The notes beneath the pieces are model-generated. The model had not been told where the DNA came from and did no database searches. It saw only the letters and a list, made by a program, of their open reading frames with translations. 64,000 nt of DNA, from positions 41,540,001-41,604,000 of the forward strand of contig OZ024757.1 in NCBI GenBank assembly GCA_964016885.1. Direction: 5' to 3'. Source of the stretch: Eledone cirrhosa (lineage: Eukaryota). Position 1 is the stretch's first letter. The number at the start of each line of letters is the position of its first letter. Shown here one piece after another: positions 49,659 through 62,020 of the stretch. The translations under genes were made by a program, and so were the position numbers.

Positions 49659-50720
49659 AATAATAATAATGGTTTCTGATTTAGGTACAAGGCCAGCAAT
49701 TTGTAGGTAAGGAGAAAAGTTGAATAAAGCGACCCCATTGAGATACCGGTATGTTATTTTATAAATCCCGTAATAATTACATCAACAATAATAGTAATAT
49801 GTTCTGGGCTATATATCATCATCATCATCATCATCATAGAATGCTTTACAGTAGTCCTTCCACCTCATTGCGTGCTCTGAGTTAAAATCCCGCTGGGGTC
49901 AACTTTGACTTTCATCTTTTCAAGGTCGATAAAAAAAGTACCAGTCTCGTACTGGGGTCGATTCTTCCTCTATAGAAAAAAAGCAGTTGTGTTCAGACTT
50001 TGAGAGGGTTGGGCTCCACCAGGTTGAAAAGTGCCCTAGACACACTATATGATGGCGCCGTTTGGTTGGTATCTTAATGATGCTGGCTTAATTAAAGCAT
50101 TGAGTAAGGGGGAAAATGATCAAAGGTATACCAGTCCTCCTGGTGACAGGGATTTGAACTCAGCCCTTTATGTTCTGAGTTCAAATCCCACCGAGCTTAG
50201 CTTTGCCTTTCATCCTTATGGGGTTGATAAAATAAAGTCATGCACTGCGGTCGATTTAATCGACTTTCCTCTTCCCTTCAAATTGCTGGCCTTGTGCCTG
50301 AATCAGAAACCATTATTACTGGAACTATTTCAATTAATTTAGTAACAGAAGAAGATGAAGAAATAAATTTAGCTCCAGTGGGGATTTCTAAGAGGAAACT
50401 AACAGGAAAGAAACATCCATTTTCTTGTCATTTATCCTACAATTGTTCGGTAATTTTGGTTGGATATTGATGTGTGTGCTCTCATGTGAAGCAGCAGTTA
50501 CCTCCCTTATCCACATCCTCCTTAACTAACATTCCTCACATAATTAAAACATGGCCATGCATCTTTATTTGTTTAATTAACATACCTTTATTGGGGATAA
50601 TTGTTGTCATAATTAGTTTTATCTCAGTTTGAATATGGTTACGTTGGTTTATAACAGACATTTCTACATGGAAATAATATGAACTGATGTTGCTAATACA
50701 TAACATATACACACATATAT

Positions 50721-51010
50721 CTTAGTCTTAGATTCTTCCGCACCGTTCGGCACATCGAGCAGTAAGTACTCGCCAACGGTCATGATCAGCGGCAACTTTT
50801 TCGAGACCATGCCAGGTGATGTGGGTTGCCAAGTGATCCTTGGGCAACCCCGCCTCTATTTACCACCAGGTGGAGTCCAGTTCATTGCTGTTTTCAAATG
50901 CCGTTCATTTGGCAGACGCAGAATATGGCCAGCCAGACGGCACCGACGCTCCGTGACCCCTCTCTGTAGCATCCACGACTCGGCTCTCCGTAGGATCTCC
51001 TCGTTTCACA
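50721..51010 (-). mobile_element. 5'-truncated RTE-clade LINE fragment of a third family, with a (CTAAGA) tail
   Basis: Minus: NEEILRRAE..VTERRCRLAGHILRLPNERHLKTAMNWTPPGGK*RRGCPRITW. Confidence 0.85.
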
Positions 51011-51161
51011 CTCGCATACACACATATATATATATATATACAAACACACACACATATATACACACATATATATACAAACACACACTCAGACACACACACA
51101 CATATATATATATATAGACACATATATATATACAAACACACACACACGCACACATATATAG

Positions 51162-51196
<35 letters not shown>

Positions 51197-52327
51197 CAAA
51201 CACACACACACATATACACAGGCACACATATATATACAAACACACACATACACACAATGTCATGGTTCGATTCCTGGACCCAATACTCACTGTGAACGAG
51301 GTCAGCGCTAGGAAGGTCATCCAGCCGTAAAACCAGGCAAAAATAATTGGTTCTGTATGAGCAAGACATGGTCACTTGGCCTGGCATTGCCCACAATGGG
51401 ACAACTCGTATAACCCATGCCAGCGTGGGAAAACGGACGTTGAACAGTGATTATAATGATGATGGTGATGGTGGTAGTGATGATGATGATGATGATGGTT
51501 TATTTTCCATATTCACTTGTATTTCCTGTTGTTGTATTCTGAGGGGTGGATGGGGTGGAGGTCTTGTTTTATTTTTTTTTTTGTTTTGTTTTTCCTATCA
51601 AAGATTATTGAACCATTTAAAATTGTATAAAAGGAAATTTAGAAAACAACAAACTTTACTTTAAAATAAAATTTACTGAAAGAATGAAAATATTTTTTTA
51701 GAAAGTAACTTGGACTGAATTTATCAAAGGAAAAAATAATTCCAACCAAAGTTTTATTTCGAATTAACTTATTGAATCGTGACAGAGTCGGAGTTTATTT
51801 TGTTTTTTGTTATTTTGTTGTTGTTTTTGGCGGGGGTAGGGGTTTAAATTTTTAAATATCTAAATTGAAATCATTTAAAGATGAATTGTAAGAAAACTAA
51901 AAAAAAAACTAGTTATTAGTGTGGTTTTGTGGTTTTGTGTATGTGTGTGAGTGTGTGATTGTGTGTGTGGGGGGGGGGCTCGTTGTGTGTGTGTGTGTAT
52001 GGTTGTGTGCATGTGTGGGTGTGTGGGGGGGGATCGTTGTGTGTGTCCCTATCAACTTGGAACAAGTGTGGGTTTCAAACAGGATCCATTTGTTGTTTAT
52101 TGCAACTGTGTTCCATGTCCCTGCAGTGTGTTGTGTTGCATCAGTGCTTCAGCATGGCCACAGTCCAATAATTGAAAAATAAAATGTATATATATAGATA
52201 TATGCACATATATATATATATCATCATTTATGTAGATGTAAATATCTCTCACTCTCTCTCTCTCTATATATATATATACACATATATATCATATAGGGAG
52301 ATGAATCGATGTATATATGCAGATATA

Positions 52328-52361
<34 letters not shown>

Positions 52362-52367
52362 TGTATG

Positions 52368-52430
<63 letters not shown>

Positions 52431-53074
52431 GTATATATATATATAACTCAACATATATATATATGTAGCCATATTCCACATCCTCTGATGTCAGGATTAT
52501 CGTTTTCTTCAAACTTTCCCCCACCACCTCCTCCTCCCCCATTAAATTAAGACAGATGCGTTGTCAGCTAAATCACAGAATCACAGGATCAATGAATCAA
52601 TGATGAGATAGAAAGAAAACTGACGTTAAACTTCATCACTTTGACTCTTCGTTCTACTAAGAAATTATTAAGACTTAAATATCTGACCTAGTTAAACCTC
52701 AATGACTAACAGACAGCCTGATCCTCTGGCCTATCACTCAACTAGATATATATTATATAGCTGTAAACAGCTTGAGTGAAGGTATGTGGCTTAGTGGTTA
52801 GAGCATCGGATTCACACTCATGAGGTTGTGAGATTGATTCCCGGATTGGTTGATATTTTATGTTCTTCAACAAGTCACTTTATTTCACATTGTTCCAGTT
52901 CACTCATTAGTGACAAGCTCTATTGGCCTTTGATTTTCTCTTGGACAGCATCATATATAGTGTATATATAATACAAATACAGTGTATATATAGTGTATGT
53001 ATATATATATGTGTGTGTTGTCATTTCATTGGCGCCCAGCTGTATAGGCTTTTGCCTTTCACTTGGACAACATC

Positions 53075-53385
53075 AGCAAATCAACAAGATATATGTTTTA
53101 TATAGCTGTAGCTCAACAGACAACTTGATCTTCTAGGCTGTCAGACAATCAGAACCAACAAGATATAGGTTATATAGCAGCTACAGCTCAACAGACAACT
53201 TGATCACCTGACATATTCAACAGACAACTTGATCTCCTAGTCTATCAGACATCAGACAATCACAATCAACAAGATATAGGTTATATAGAGCTATAGCTCA
53301 ACAGACAACTTGATCTTTTAGTCTATCAGACATCAGACATTCAGAACCAACAAGATATAGGTTATATAGAAGCCACAGCTCAGTG
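53075..53385 (+). repeat. Degenerate minisatellite, about 70-80 bp unit
   Basis: Recurrent CTCAACAGACAACTTGATC..ATCAGACA..CAACAAGATATAGGTTATATAG. Confidence 0.85.
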
Positions 53386-53595
53386 TTTACTACAATTAAT
53401 AGCCCAAGCTATTGTTTATTAATGCAGAAGATAAAAGCAATCTATTTGTTTTGTTTTGTTTCTTTCTTATCATGATTCGCTCTTGTTTGAATCTCAGTGT
53501 GTTCACTGAGGTTTGTTGTTTTGCTGTTGGTGCCAGCTTATATTTTGATGTGGAGGGGGGGGGGGGATAATCATATGTATGCATACATAATTACA

Positions 53596-53636
<41 letters not shown>

Positions 53637-55991
53637 AAGTATAAGCATACATCTATGCACACATATGCTCAAACATATATATACATATATAAAAATATAT
53701 ATAACTACATGTATATGTATATGTGTGTTGATGTATATATATACAGACACACATATATATATGCACACATATTTATATATATGCACACATATATATTTAT
53801 ATATATATATATACACATATATATTTATATATACTTATAGATATGCATAGATATATATACAAACATACACACACATATATATAGTATATATATAACATAA
53901 ATATTTATATATACGTATACATATATATAAACACACACACAAAACATGCATGCATGCATACACACACATACATACATACATAAATACACACACACACACA
54001 TACACACACACATACATACATACACACATACATATACACCCACATGCATGTGTATCAGTAAATGTCTCTACCACAACAACAGAGCTTAGGAAGATTTTAT
54101 AGATAAGAATATTGTTAATGATAGTATCGCTGCTATTACTAATGATGTGTTCATAATGACGGCTAATCAACGATTATACTGATGATGATGATGATTAAAC
54201 AGATTCTTTAACCTTTCCTTCTTTATGATTTTAACTAATTAAAAATCATAGTTTTTAATGATTTAAAAGCTGATTATATCCAGCAGTGCAAAATATGTTT
54301 TGTGTTTGTAATTTTTTTTTTTTTGGCAAATTTTGTGAGGTATTTTGGGGTGTTTTTTTGTATTTTTGTTTTTTAGATCTTTTTTTTTATTCATTTTAAA
54401 AATGTTTTGTGTTTTTGTGTGTGTATTTTATTTTTTTTTTGTGTTATTTTTTGTATATATTATTTTTGTATTTTTGAGTTTTGTAGGTCTTATTTTTCAT
54501 TTTTTTCAAAATATATTTTGTATTTTTGTGTTAATTTTTGTAAAATTTTTTTTTAATCTGTTTTTGTGTTATTTTTTGTATATTTTTTTTTGTTGTGTTT
54601 TGTATGTATTTTTTTTTTATTATTATTCCTTTAATTATTTTCTACATTAAAAGAGATTTCTGATCGATATTTTTACGAGGTGAATGGGGGTGTAAATGTA
54701 AAAGGGAATGGAAGTAGCTGGAAGTTGTTTATGTTCAGTCAGCGGATGGCTGCTATGTGGAATTCTCTGCTTCTCTAGTTCTATTTAATAACAGAAATAT
54801 AAAATATCGCAATGATTATAACAACTGAAAAACAAGAGAAAAAACATTAAGAAATCTTTTTTAAAAAACATTACAAAAAATATATATATATATAATAATA
54901 AACAGTTCGATGATGATGATAAAAAAAATCAAAATAAATGTTTTCCATTCTTTTATATTTCCATAACTCAGTATTTCTTTGTGCAGTGGATATGTGCATT
55001 GTTTTATGCAGAGTTGTGGCGCCAAACATCAGAAAATGGACGGCATTAAGAATTAAAAAAAAGAAACTAACAAAATGGAACAAAACCGTCTAACCCATGC
55101 TAGCATGGAAGATAGACGTTAAACGATGATGATGATAATATATATGTATGTATATAAATATATATATTTATATATATATATATGTGTGTATATAAATATA
55201 TATGTATGTATATATATATATATATCATCATGATCATTATCACCATTTAATGTCTAATTTTTCTCGCTAGTATGGGTTAGACTTTATATATATATTTGTA
55301 TATATATTTATATATATGTATATATATATACACATGCTAGCGTGGAAAATGGACGTTAAACGATGATGATGATATATATAGAGAGAATTTAAATTCTTGA
55401 ACAACTGTAAAATATATTGTTTGGGCTGTTAAGTGATGTGTTGAGAAGTTTTTTTAAATATTTCATATTTCCAATAATGAAATAGTAATTTGAATTGATG
55501 GAGTTGTTAGGGAGATTAAAATAACTGCTCAGATGTAATCAGTTGTTATCCTATCACAAACACTGCATCTGTAGCTGAACAGAATAGCATTTTGTAATAC
55601 CAGTGATTAACATCGGGATTTATAACCATTTTTGTCACAACCTTGTGGCATGTCAGACGCCTTTTTTTCCTATCATGAATTCTGCATCTGTAGCTGAACA
55701 GAATTATATTCTAAAATAGCAGGCATTATCACCAGCACGGTTGGATTTAGATCTTGCAGTGGCCCAGGGCGCATCAGGTGTGGGTGTACCCTCATATATA
55801 TATATTTGTTTTTATTAACCTGTTGGTTTTCTCGTTGCTTCGGGTTGCTTGCCACAGTTTTCAATTTGTCATGTCATCTAACGAATGTTATTACTCTGAG
55901 ATACCTCATTGAGTGCTTGGCTGCACATTCCTCATCTCATTGTATCTCGTTGGCTTGGCTACAGCTGAAGCTTCGATGTTACTAAACTTCC

Positions 55992-56041
<50 letters not shown>

Positions 56042-56096
56042 GTGAGGGTTTTTTTACAAAATGAAAAAAAACGAGATGTCCTACACGAGTGAAAGT

Positions 56097-56377
56097 ATAA
56101 GGAAAAAAGAGGAAATCGAAAATGCAACTGGAGTCTTTTTTAAAAAAATATATATTTATTTGGTTCCTTTACCGGTTTCGCAGTTCTTGTGTTTTTCAAA
56201 AGTAGAATTGAGATGGAGGGTCTGTGATTTTTCTTGCGAGAGAAACCAAAAACCTTCCATCTCAATTCTACTTTTGAAAAGCACAAGAACTGCGAAACCA
56301 GTAAAGGAACCAAATAAATATATATTTTTTTTAAAAAGACACCAGTTGCATTTTCGATTTCCTCTTTTTTCCTTATA
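56097..56377. mobile_element. About 280-bp fold-back element (family HH-D), each arm carrying a U3-A8 variant hammerhead
   Basis: Near-perfect arms of about 125 bp; plus arm ctt TTGAAAA GCA caagaac TGC GAAA CCAG TA aag (56271-56306); minus arm has CCGG. Confidence 0.75.
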
Positions 56378-56598
56378 TATATATATATGTGTGTATGTAT
56401 ATATATATATGTGAGTGTGTATGTATATATATATATATATATACCTACACCAATCTGTGACCTGAACAAACAAAAGCTATCTCTCTCTCTCTCTCTCTCT
56501 CTCTCTATACACACATATATATATAAATACACACACACACATATATATATATACACACACATATATATATATATATATACACACACATATATATATAT

Positions 56599-56633
<35 letters not shown>

Positions 56634-56634
<1 letters not shown>

Positions 56635-56673
56635 GATGGCTGCCCCCTCGTTATCGAGTATGGCCATTGCACA

Positions 56674-56760
<87 letters not shown>

Positions 56761-56838
56761 CAATAATAATAATAACGACAACAACAATAATAATATACAT
56801 ATTCATATATATATACACACACACGCACGCACATAAGC

Positions 56839-56876
<38 letters not shown>

Positions 56877-59800
56877 GATAGCAACTAACAGTGCTGCGAT
56901 CGAATGTGGCTTTTTAGCCCAGCCAATGATCCAAAATGTCTTGCACAGAGTCGGCAACCAAAACATTTACTGGGAATAGTCGGCTGTGGTTGGAGTTCGT
57001 GTACTTTTGCATGTCGCTTGAGTCCTCCTGCTGATTTACATTCTCTACCACATGTTTGGCAAGCATGATGAGTAGCATCTCCAACAGCAGCCTGGTAGTC
57101 AACCACTGGTCTTACTTTATGACTGCGAAGATGACTTTCGAGTCCAGCTTTGCTTAGGCAGAGTCTCGCACAGACGCTGCATGTCAGAAACATAGGAGGA
57201 CCCTCGCCGTCTGGAAGTGCAACAGCAATACCCTTCCTCACGTCCCGCCTTACTTTCTCGTGTGCGATTCGAGATGCCTCAAAGGCAACTTTTCCCTCAT
57301 ATACAGTCTTTCTCCATTTATTACGATCAGCAGCAATATTTTCCCATGTATCAGCAGAGATGTTAGCGTCTTTCAGAGAGGCCTTCAAGGAATCCTTATA
57401 CCTCTTTTTTGGTTTATGTGGCGGTCGTTTTCCTTTAACCAACTCTCCATAGAAGAGTTGTTTTGGTATTCTAGAATCCTTCATCCTGGCAAGGTGACCA
57501 CTCCAACGGAGTCGCTGCTTAAGCACAAGAGCTTCTATACTGTCACACATAGAGCTTTCCAAAATCTCGACATCACTGATGTGGTCCCTCCAGCGAACGC
57601 CATGTATCCGTCTGAGACACATCTGATGGAAACGCTCCAATTGCTTTAGGTGGCGTCGATATGTGACCCAGGTCTCGCAGGCATAAAGAAGACAAGAGAG
57701 TACACATGCCCTGTACACCTTTACCTTTGTCCTCCTGCATATGTCTCGCCGACCCCAGAGTCGCCTTTCTAGCTTTCCGAAAGCATCACTTGCTTTCCTA
57801 ATCCTAAGTGAGATTTCACTGTCAAGGTTGCCGTATCGATTGACAGTGCTTCCCAGGTAGACAAACTGATCAACCACTCCAAGTCGTTTGCCATACACAT
57901 AGATGTTTGGTTCAGTGTACTGCCTACCAGGTGCAGGTTGGTACATGACGACGGTTTTCTTGAGACTGACAGTCAAACCCAGGGCAGTGCAAGCGTCAGA
58001 AAATACATTCAAAATGTGCTGCATATCACTCTCTGTGTGCGCTACAAGATCGCAATCATCTGCATACAAGAGGTCTCTTATGACTGATGTAAATACTTTT
58101 GTCTTCGCAGCAAAGCGCCTGATGTTAAATATGCTGCCTGAGGTTCGATATCGGATGTAAACACCATGCTCGCAATTCCTGAATGCAATACAGAAAACCA
58201 TTGCAAAGTATATGGCAAACAGGGTCGGTGCTGGAATATCCCCCTGTTTCACTCCATTTTTTACTGAGATAGGCTCCGACATGTTACCTCCGACATTAAC
58301 CCAAGCCTTCATGTCGTCATGGAAAGACCTAACTAAAGCAAGGAACTTATCAGGGCAACCAAGTTTCTGGAGAACCTTCCATAATGCATCTCTGTTGACA
58401 GTATCGAAAGCCTTTGTCAGATCGACAAAAACCTGATACAGATCCAAGCCCTGTTCAATGCACTTCTCCTGGAGCTGTCTAGCTGAGAAGATCATATCAG
58501 TAGTGCCGCGTCCAACACGAAAACCAGATTGACTTTCAGGAAGGACACAATCTGCAATGTGTGTCAGCAGACGGTCCAGAAGCACCCTACATAAAACTTT
58601 CCCCACGACAGAAAGCAATGATATACCTCTGTAGTTCCCACAATCATTCCTGTTACCCTTTCCCTTGTACAAGACCACCATTACTGCATCTCTCCAGTCC
58701 TCAGGCACGGATTCATTAGCCCATATCCTTCCAAACAGAGAGTGAAGATGTTGCAGGAGTCTCTCACCACCATATTGTAGGAGCTCAGCATGTATGCCAT
58801 CCATACCTGGAGATCTTCCACTGTTCAGCTTCGAAATAGCCACTGCAACCTCCACAAGTGTCGGAGGCTCTGCGAGAGCTACTTTCACAGGACTTTCCGG
58901 AATGAGATTGAGGAAATCTTCACTGACGACAGACGGCTGATTCAAAAGATCATCAAAGTGCTCCCGCCACCTTCGTAGAATTCCCTGTGAGTCACGAAGA
59001 AGCTCTTTGCCATCCCTGCTGCGAATCGGTGTCACCAGAGAAGAAGACGGTCCATAAACCTCACGCAAGAGACTGTACAACAGCTTTGTGTTATTGCAAT
59101 CAGACGCAGTTTGTATCTCACCAGCCTTCTCACTCCACCACTGATCCTTCATCTGAGAAAGACTCCGCCTAACACGTGATTTTACATCCCTGAGCTCCTC
59201 ATGCAACGTATTCCTCTCCTGTGGTCTTGCCGTCAAGTAGCGTGACAGAGCGCGCCTCTTATCAGCCAACAAGTCATCTATATGCACATCTTTCTCATTA
59301 AACCAGTCCTGATGTTTTCTCTGCACCAATCCCAGAACACGTCTGCCTACATCATAAACCGACTTTTTAAGGGTCGGCCAATCCTCACCAAGATCTGCAG
59401 CCTGCATCTCTTCTTCCAATGTCCTCTTCACATTTTTATCCTTAAGACGAGCAGCATTCAATCTTTTGGGCAGGGTAACACCAGGAGCCCGGATTTTACG
59501 TTTGGTGATTAGATTCACTTTTGCGCGTACCAGGCGGTGGTCCGTCCAGCACTCAGCTCCACGAAGAACACGAACACACCGCACATCCTGTCTGTCACGC
59601 ATCCTGACTAGGACGTAGTCCAAAAGATGCCATTCCTTAGATGCAGGATGCATCCATGTGGTCTTGAATTTGTTCTTTTGTTGGAACATGGTGTTGGTAA
59701 CACACAGATCCAGCTCCTCACACATCTGCAGCAAGAGCATACCATTGCTGTTACACTTTCCCACCCCATGCCTTCCGATTACATTCCATGTGTTAAAATC

Positions 59801-60494
59801 CCTACCCACTCTAGCATTAAAGTCACCAAGCACGATGACTTTGTCTGCCTGAGGGATATTTCTTAAAACACCTTTCAAGGCATGGTAAAAGGACAGTTTT
59901 TCTTCATCGACAGAATTCATAGTTGGAGCATACACACTCACCAGGGTCGCATATCTTCCCTTGTCCAGCGGAACTCTCATGGACATAAGACGCTCACTAA
60001 TCCCCACTGGGAATTCTTCCAATTTATTCACCAGTACAGTCTTAACAGCAAATCCTACCCCAGCCTCTCTTCTGGTTCCTTCATGTCTTCCTTTCCAGAA
60101 GAATGTATATTCTCCACAAAATTCCGTAAGATGACCATCTCCAGCTAACCTCGTCTCAGACAAAGCCACGATGTCAAGATCGTAACGTCGAAGCTCCTTC
60201 GCAACAAGAGCGGTCCTTCGTTCAGGACGCTCCAAAGAATCCCTGTCAAGCAGCGTCCGTACGTTCCAGCAGCCAAGACTAAATGCCCTGTTTGGCTCTA
60301 TTACAATGGCACGATGACGGGCGGGCCCAGGTTGTGATAACTTGGGGCCCCTGCCCTTATTGCCAATGATCTTTTTTGTTCCAGAACCCAAATTGGCAAT
60401 TATCTCGTTTACATTGTTCTGGAACATCATTGAATTGGAAAAAAAAAAAAAAAAAAAAAAAAAAGGGAGAAAAAAAAAAAAAAAAGTAATAATA

Positions 60495-60529
<35 letters not shown>

Positions 60530-60972
60530 ACACTATTAATAATTATTAATGCACTCGTGCAATGCCTGTGCGTGACGAATATTTTTAAAGTGAGGAAAGA
60601 CTGTGCACTGAACCAATCCCACTCTCTGAGCGACAGTAGCTATAACCCGAAAAGAAGAAAAGATCAACATCATCGGTAACTACTGAGCCGCAGGTTTTAT
60701 ATCGGAGTTAACCCAGTTTCCTGAGATGCCTTCTCCTAGAAGAATACCCTGACATGGGCTAGGGGTTCTTCACTCCCAGTGGTTTAACTGCGCGATCGGG
60801 CATCCAGCCCGATTATTTCTATGTCCCCGCGCAAAAAAAAAAAAAAAAAAAAAAAATTACTTATTGACACTTATACGTACGACATACACACACACGCATA
60901 CATATGCGTGCACACAGCAACACTCACACACACAACAAACACACACACACGCTACTCTACTCACTTACACGC
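56634..60972 (-). mobile_element. Full-length RTE-clade LINE (about 4.3 kb) with microsatellite-containing UTRs
   Basis: 5' UTR contains TCTAGGAGAAGG (RTE-type); terminal stem-loop CATACTCGATAACGAGGGGGCAGCCATCA followed by (TA)n; (CA)n(TA)n on both flanks is a possible TSD; 5' boundary approximate. Confidence 0.85.
56885..60430 (-). CDS. RTE ORF: APE endonuclease + reverse transcriptase + three C-terminal C2H2 zinc fingers, 1181 aa, uninterrupted
   Basis: WNVRTL, LSETR, VYAPT, GDFNA, LDYVL and TDHRL (APE); NYRGISLL, FVDLTKAFD, GVKQG, LYADD and YLGS (RT); CSVC..HLRSH, CQTC..HAKVH, CRLC..HIRSQH. Confidence 0.97.
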   Translation of the reverse strand: MMFQNNVNEIIANLGSGTKKIIGNKGRGPKLSQPGPARHRAIVIEPNRAFSLGCWNVRTLLDRDSLERPERRTALVAKELRRYDLDIVALSETRLAGDGHLTEFCGEYTFFWKGRHEGTRREAGVGFAVKTVLVNKLEEFPVGISERLMSMRVPLDKGRYATLVSVYAPTMNSVDEEKLSFYHALKGVLRNIPQADKVIVLGDFNARVGRDFNTWNVIGRHGVGKCNSNGMLLLQMCEELDLCVTNTMFQQKNKFKTTWMHPASKEWHLLDYVLVRMRDRQDVRCVRVLRGAECWTDHRLVRAKVNLITKRKIRAPGVTLPKRLNAARLKDKNVKRTLEEEMQAADLGEDWPTLKKSVYDVGRRVLGLVQRKHQDWFNEKDVHIDDLLADKRRALSRYLTARPQERNTLHEELRDVKSRVRRSLSQMKDQWWSEKAGEIQTASDCNNTKLLYSLLREVYGPSSSLVTPIRSRDGKELLRDSQGILRRWREHFDDLLNQPSVVSEDFLNLIPESPVKVALAEPPTLVEVAVAISKLNSGRSPGMDGIHAELLQYGGERLLQHLHSLFGRIWANESVPEDWRDAVMVVLYKGKGNRNDCGNYRGISLLSVVGKVLCRVLLDRLLTHIADCVLPESQSGFRVGRGTTDMIFSARQLQEKCIEQGLDLYQVFVDLTKAFDTVNRDALWKVLQKLGCPDKFLALVRSFHDDMKAWVNVGGNMSEPISVKNGVKQGDIPAPTLFAIYFAMVFCIAFRNCEHGVYIRYRTSGSIFNIRRFAAKTKVFTSVIRDLLYADDCDLVAHTESDMQHILNVFSDACTALGLTVSLKKTVVMYQPAPGRQYTEPNIYVYGKRLGVVDQFVYLGSTVNRYGNLDSEISLRIRKASDAFGKLERRLWGRRDICRRTKVKVYRACVLSCLLYACETWVTYRRHLKQLERFHQMCLRRIHGVRWRDHISDVEILESSMCDSIEALVLKQRLRWSGHLARMKDSRIPKQLFYGELVKGKRPPHKPKKRYKDSLKASLKDANISADTWENIAADRNKWRKTVYEGKVAFEASRIAHEKVRRDVRKGIAVALPDGEGPPMFLTCSVCARLCLSKAGLESHLRSHKVRPVVDYQAAVGDATHHACQTCGRECKSAGGLKRHAKVHELQPQPTIPSKCFGCRLCARHFGSLAGLKSHIRSQHC

Positions 60973-61144
60973 ACACACACACATATATATATATATATTA
61001 CCGTCATTACTGATACAAGATTACCAGATTATGTCAACTGTTGACTTTCAAGAGTTTGTATAGTTGAAGCCGATCGTATTACAGTCCAGTATTACTATAA
61101 TTGCTTTACAGCATAGAGTTATGGCTCTCCATATATATATACAC

Positions 61145-61175
<31 letters not shown>

Positions 61176-61202
61176 CACATATATATATATATATATACAC
61201 AC

Positions 61203-61247
<45 letters not shown>

Positions 61248-61704
61248 CATACATATATATATATACACATATATATATACATACACATATATATATACAT
61301 ACACATATATATATACATACACATATATATATACATACATATATATATATACATACACATATATATATACATACACATATATATATACATACATATATAT
61401 ATATGCACATATATATATCATATAAATATATATATAGATATATATACACACATACATATGTATATATGTACATACACATGTGCCAAAGATTTGCTTAGCT
61501 TCCATTACACTCGCTAGCATTCCATGCAAGGTGGTTCTGTTGCCAGTTCCCTCTCAAGAGGTCTGCTAGATCTTCTGACAACTTGACAGAGGAGATGCCT
61601 GAATCAATAACACTTTTTTAAGGGATTTGCCAATATTGTGTCAAAATATTTGATAGCGATCAATAGATGTTACCCTTAAAAGGAGTTGACTGTTGATTGG
61701 AAAT

Positions 61705-62020
61705 ATTAGTGATAGTGTTGGTGGTGATGGTGGTGTTAGTAGTGGTGGTGGTGGTGGTGGTAGTGATAGTGTTGGTGGTATTAGTAGTGATGGTGGTGGT
61801 GGGGATGGTGGTGGTGGTAGTGTTGGTGGTATTAGTAGTGGTGGGGGTGGGGGGTATTAGTAGTTGTGGTGACGGTGAAGGTGGTGGTAGTGTTGGTGGT
61901 ATTAGTAGTGGTGTTATTGATGATGGTGTTAATGTTTGTGGTTGTATTGTTATTGGTGATGATGATGATGATGTTTGTGGTTGTATTGTTATTGGTGATG
62001 ATGATGATGACGATGATAAC
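61705..62020. repeat. (GGT/GTA/GAT)n compound microsatellite
   Basis: Direct inspection. Confidence 0.9.

Noticed and set aside
55563-55704. 23-bp direct repeat CTGCATCTGTAGCTGAACAGAAT as a target-site duplication
   Set aside because: The enclosed sequence of about 96 bp has no element features; a local duplication is equally likely
57150-60148. Plus-strand ORFs overlapping the RTE ORF
   Set aside because: Antisense shadows with no independent evidence
60550-60832. HDV-like ribozyme in the RTE 5' UTR (known in some RTE elements)
   Set aside because: Small hairpins are present (ATCGGGC/GCCCGAT) but the nested double pseudoknot could not be assembled by eye; needs an RNArobo or Infernal search
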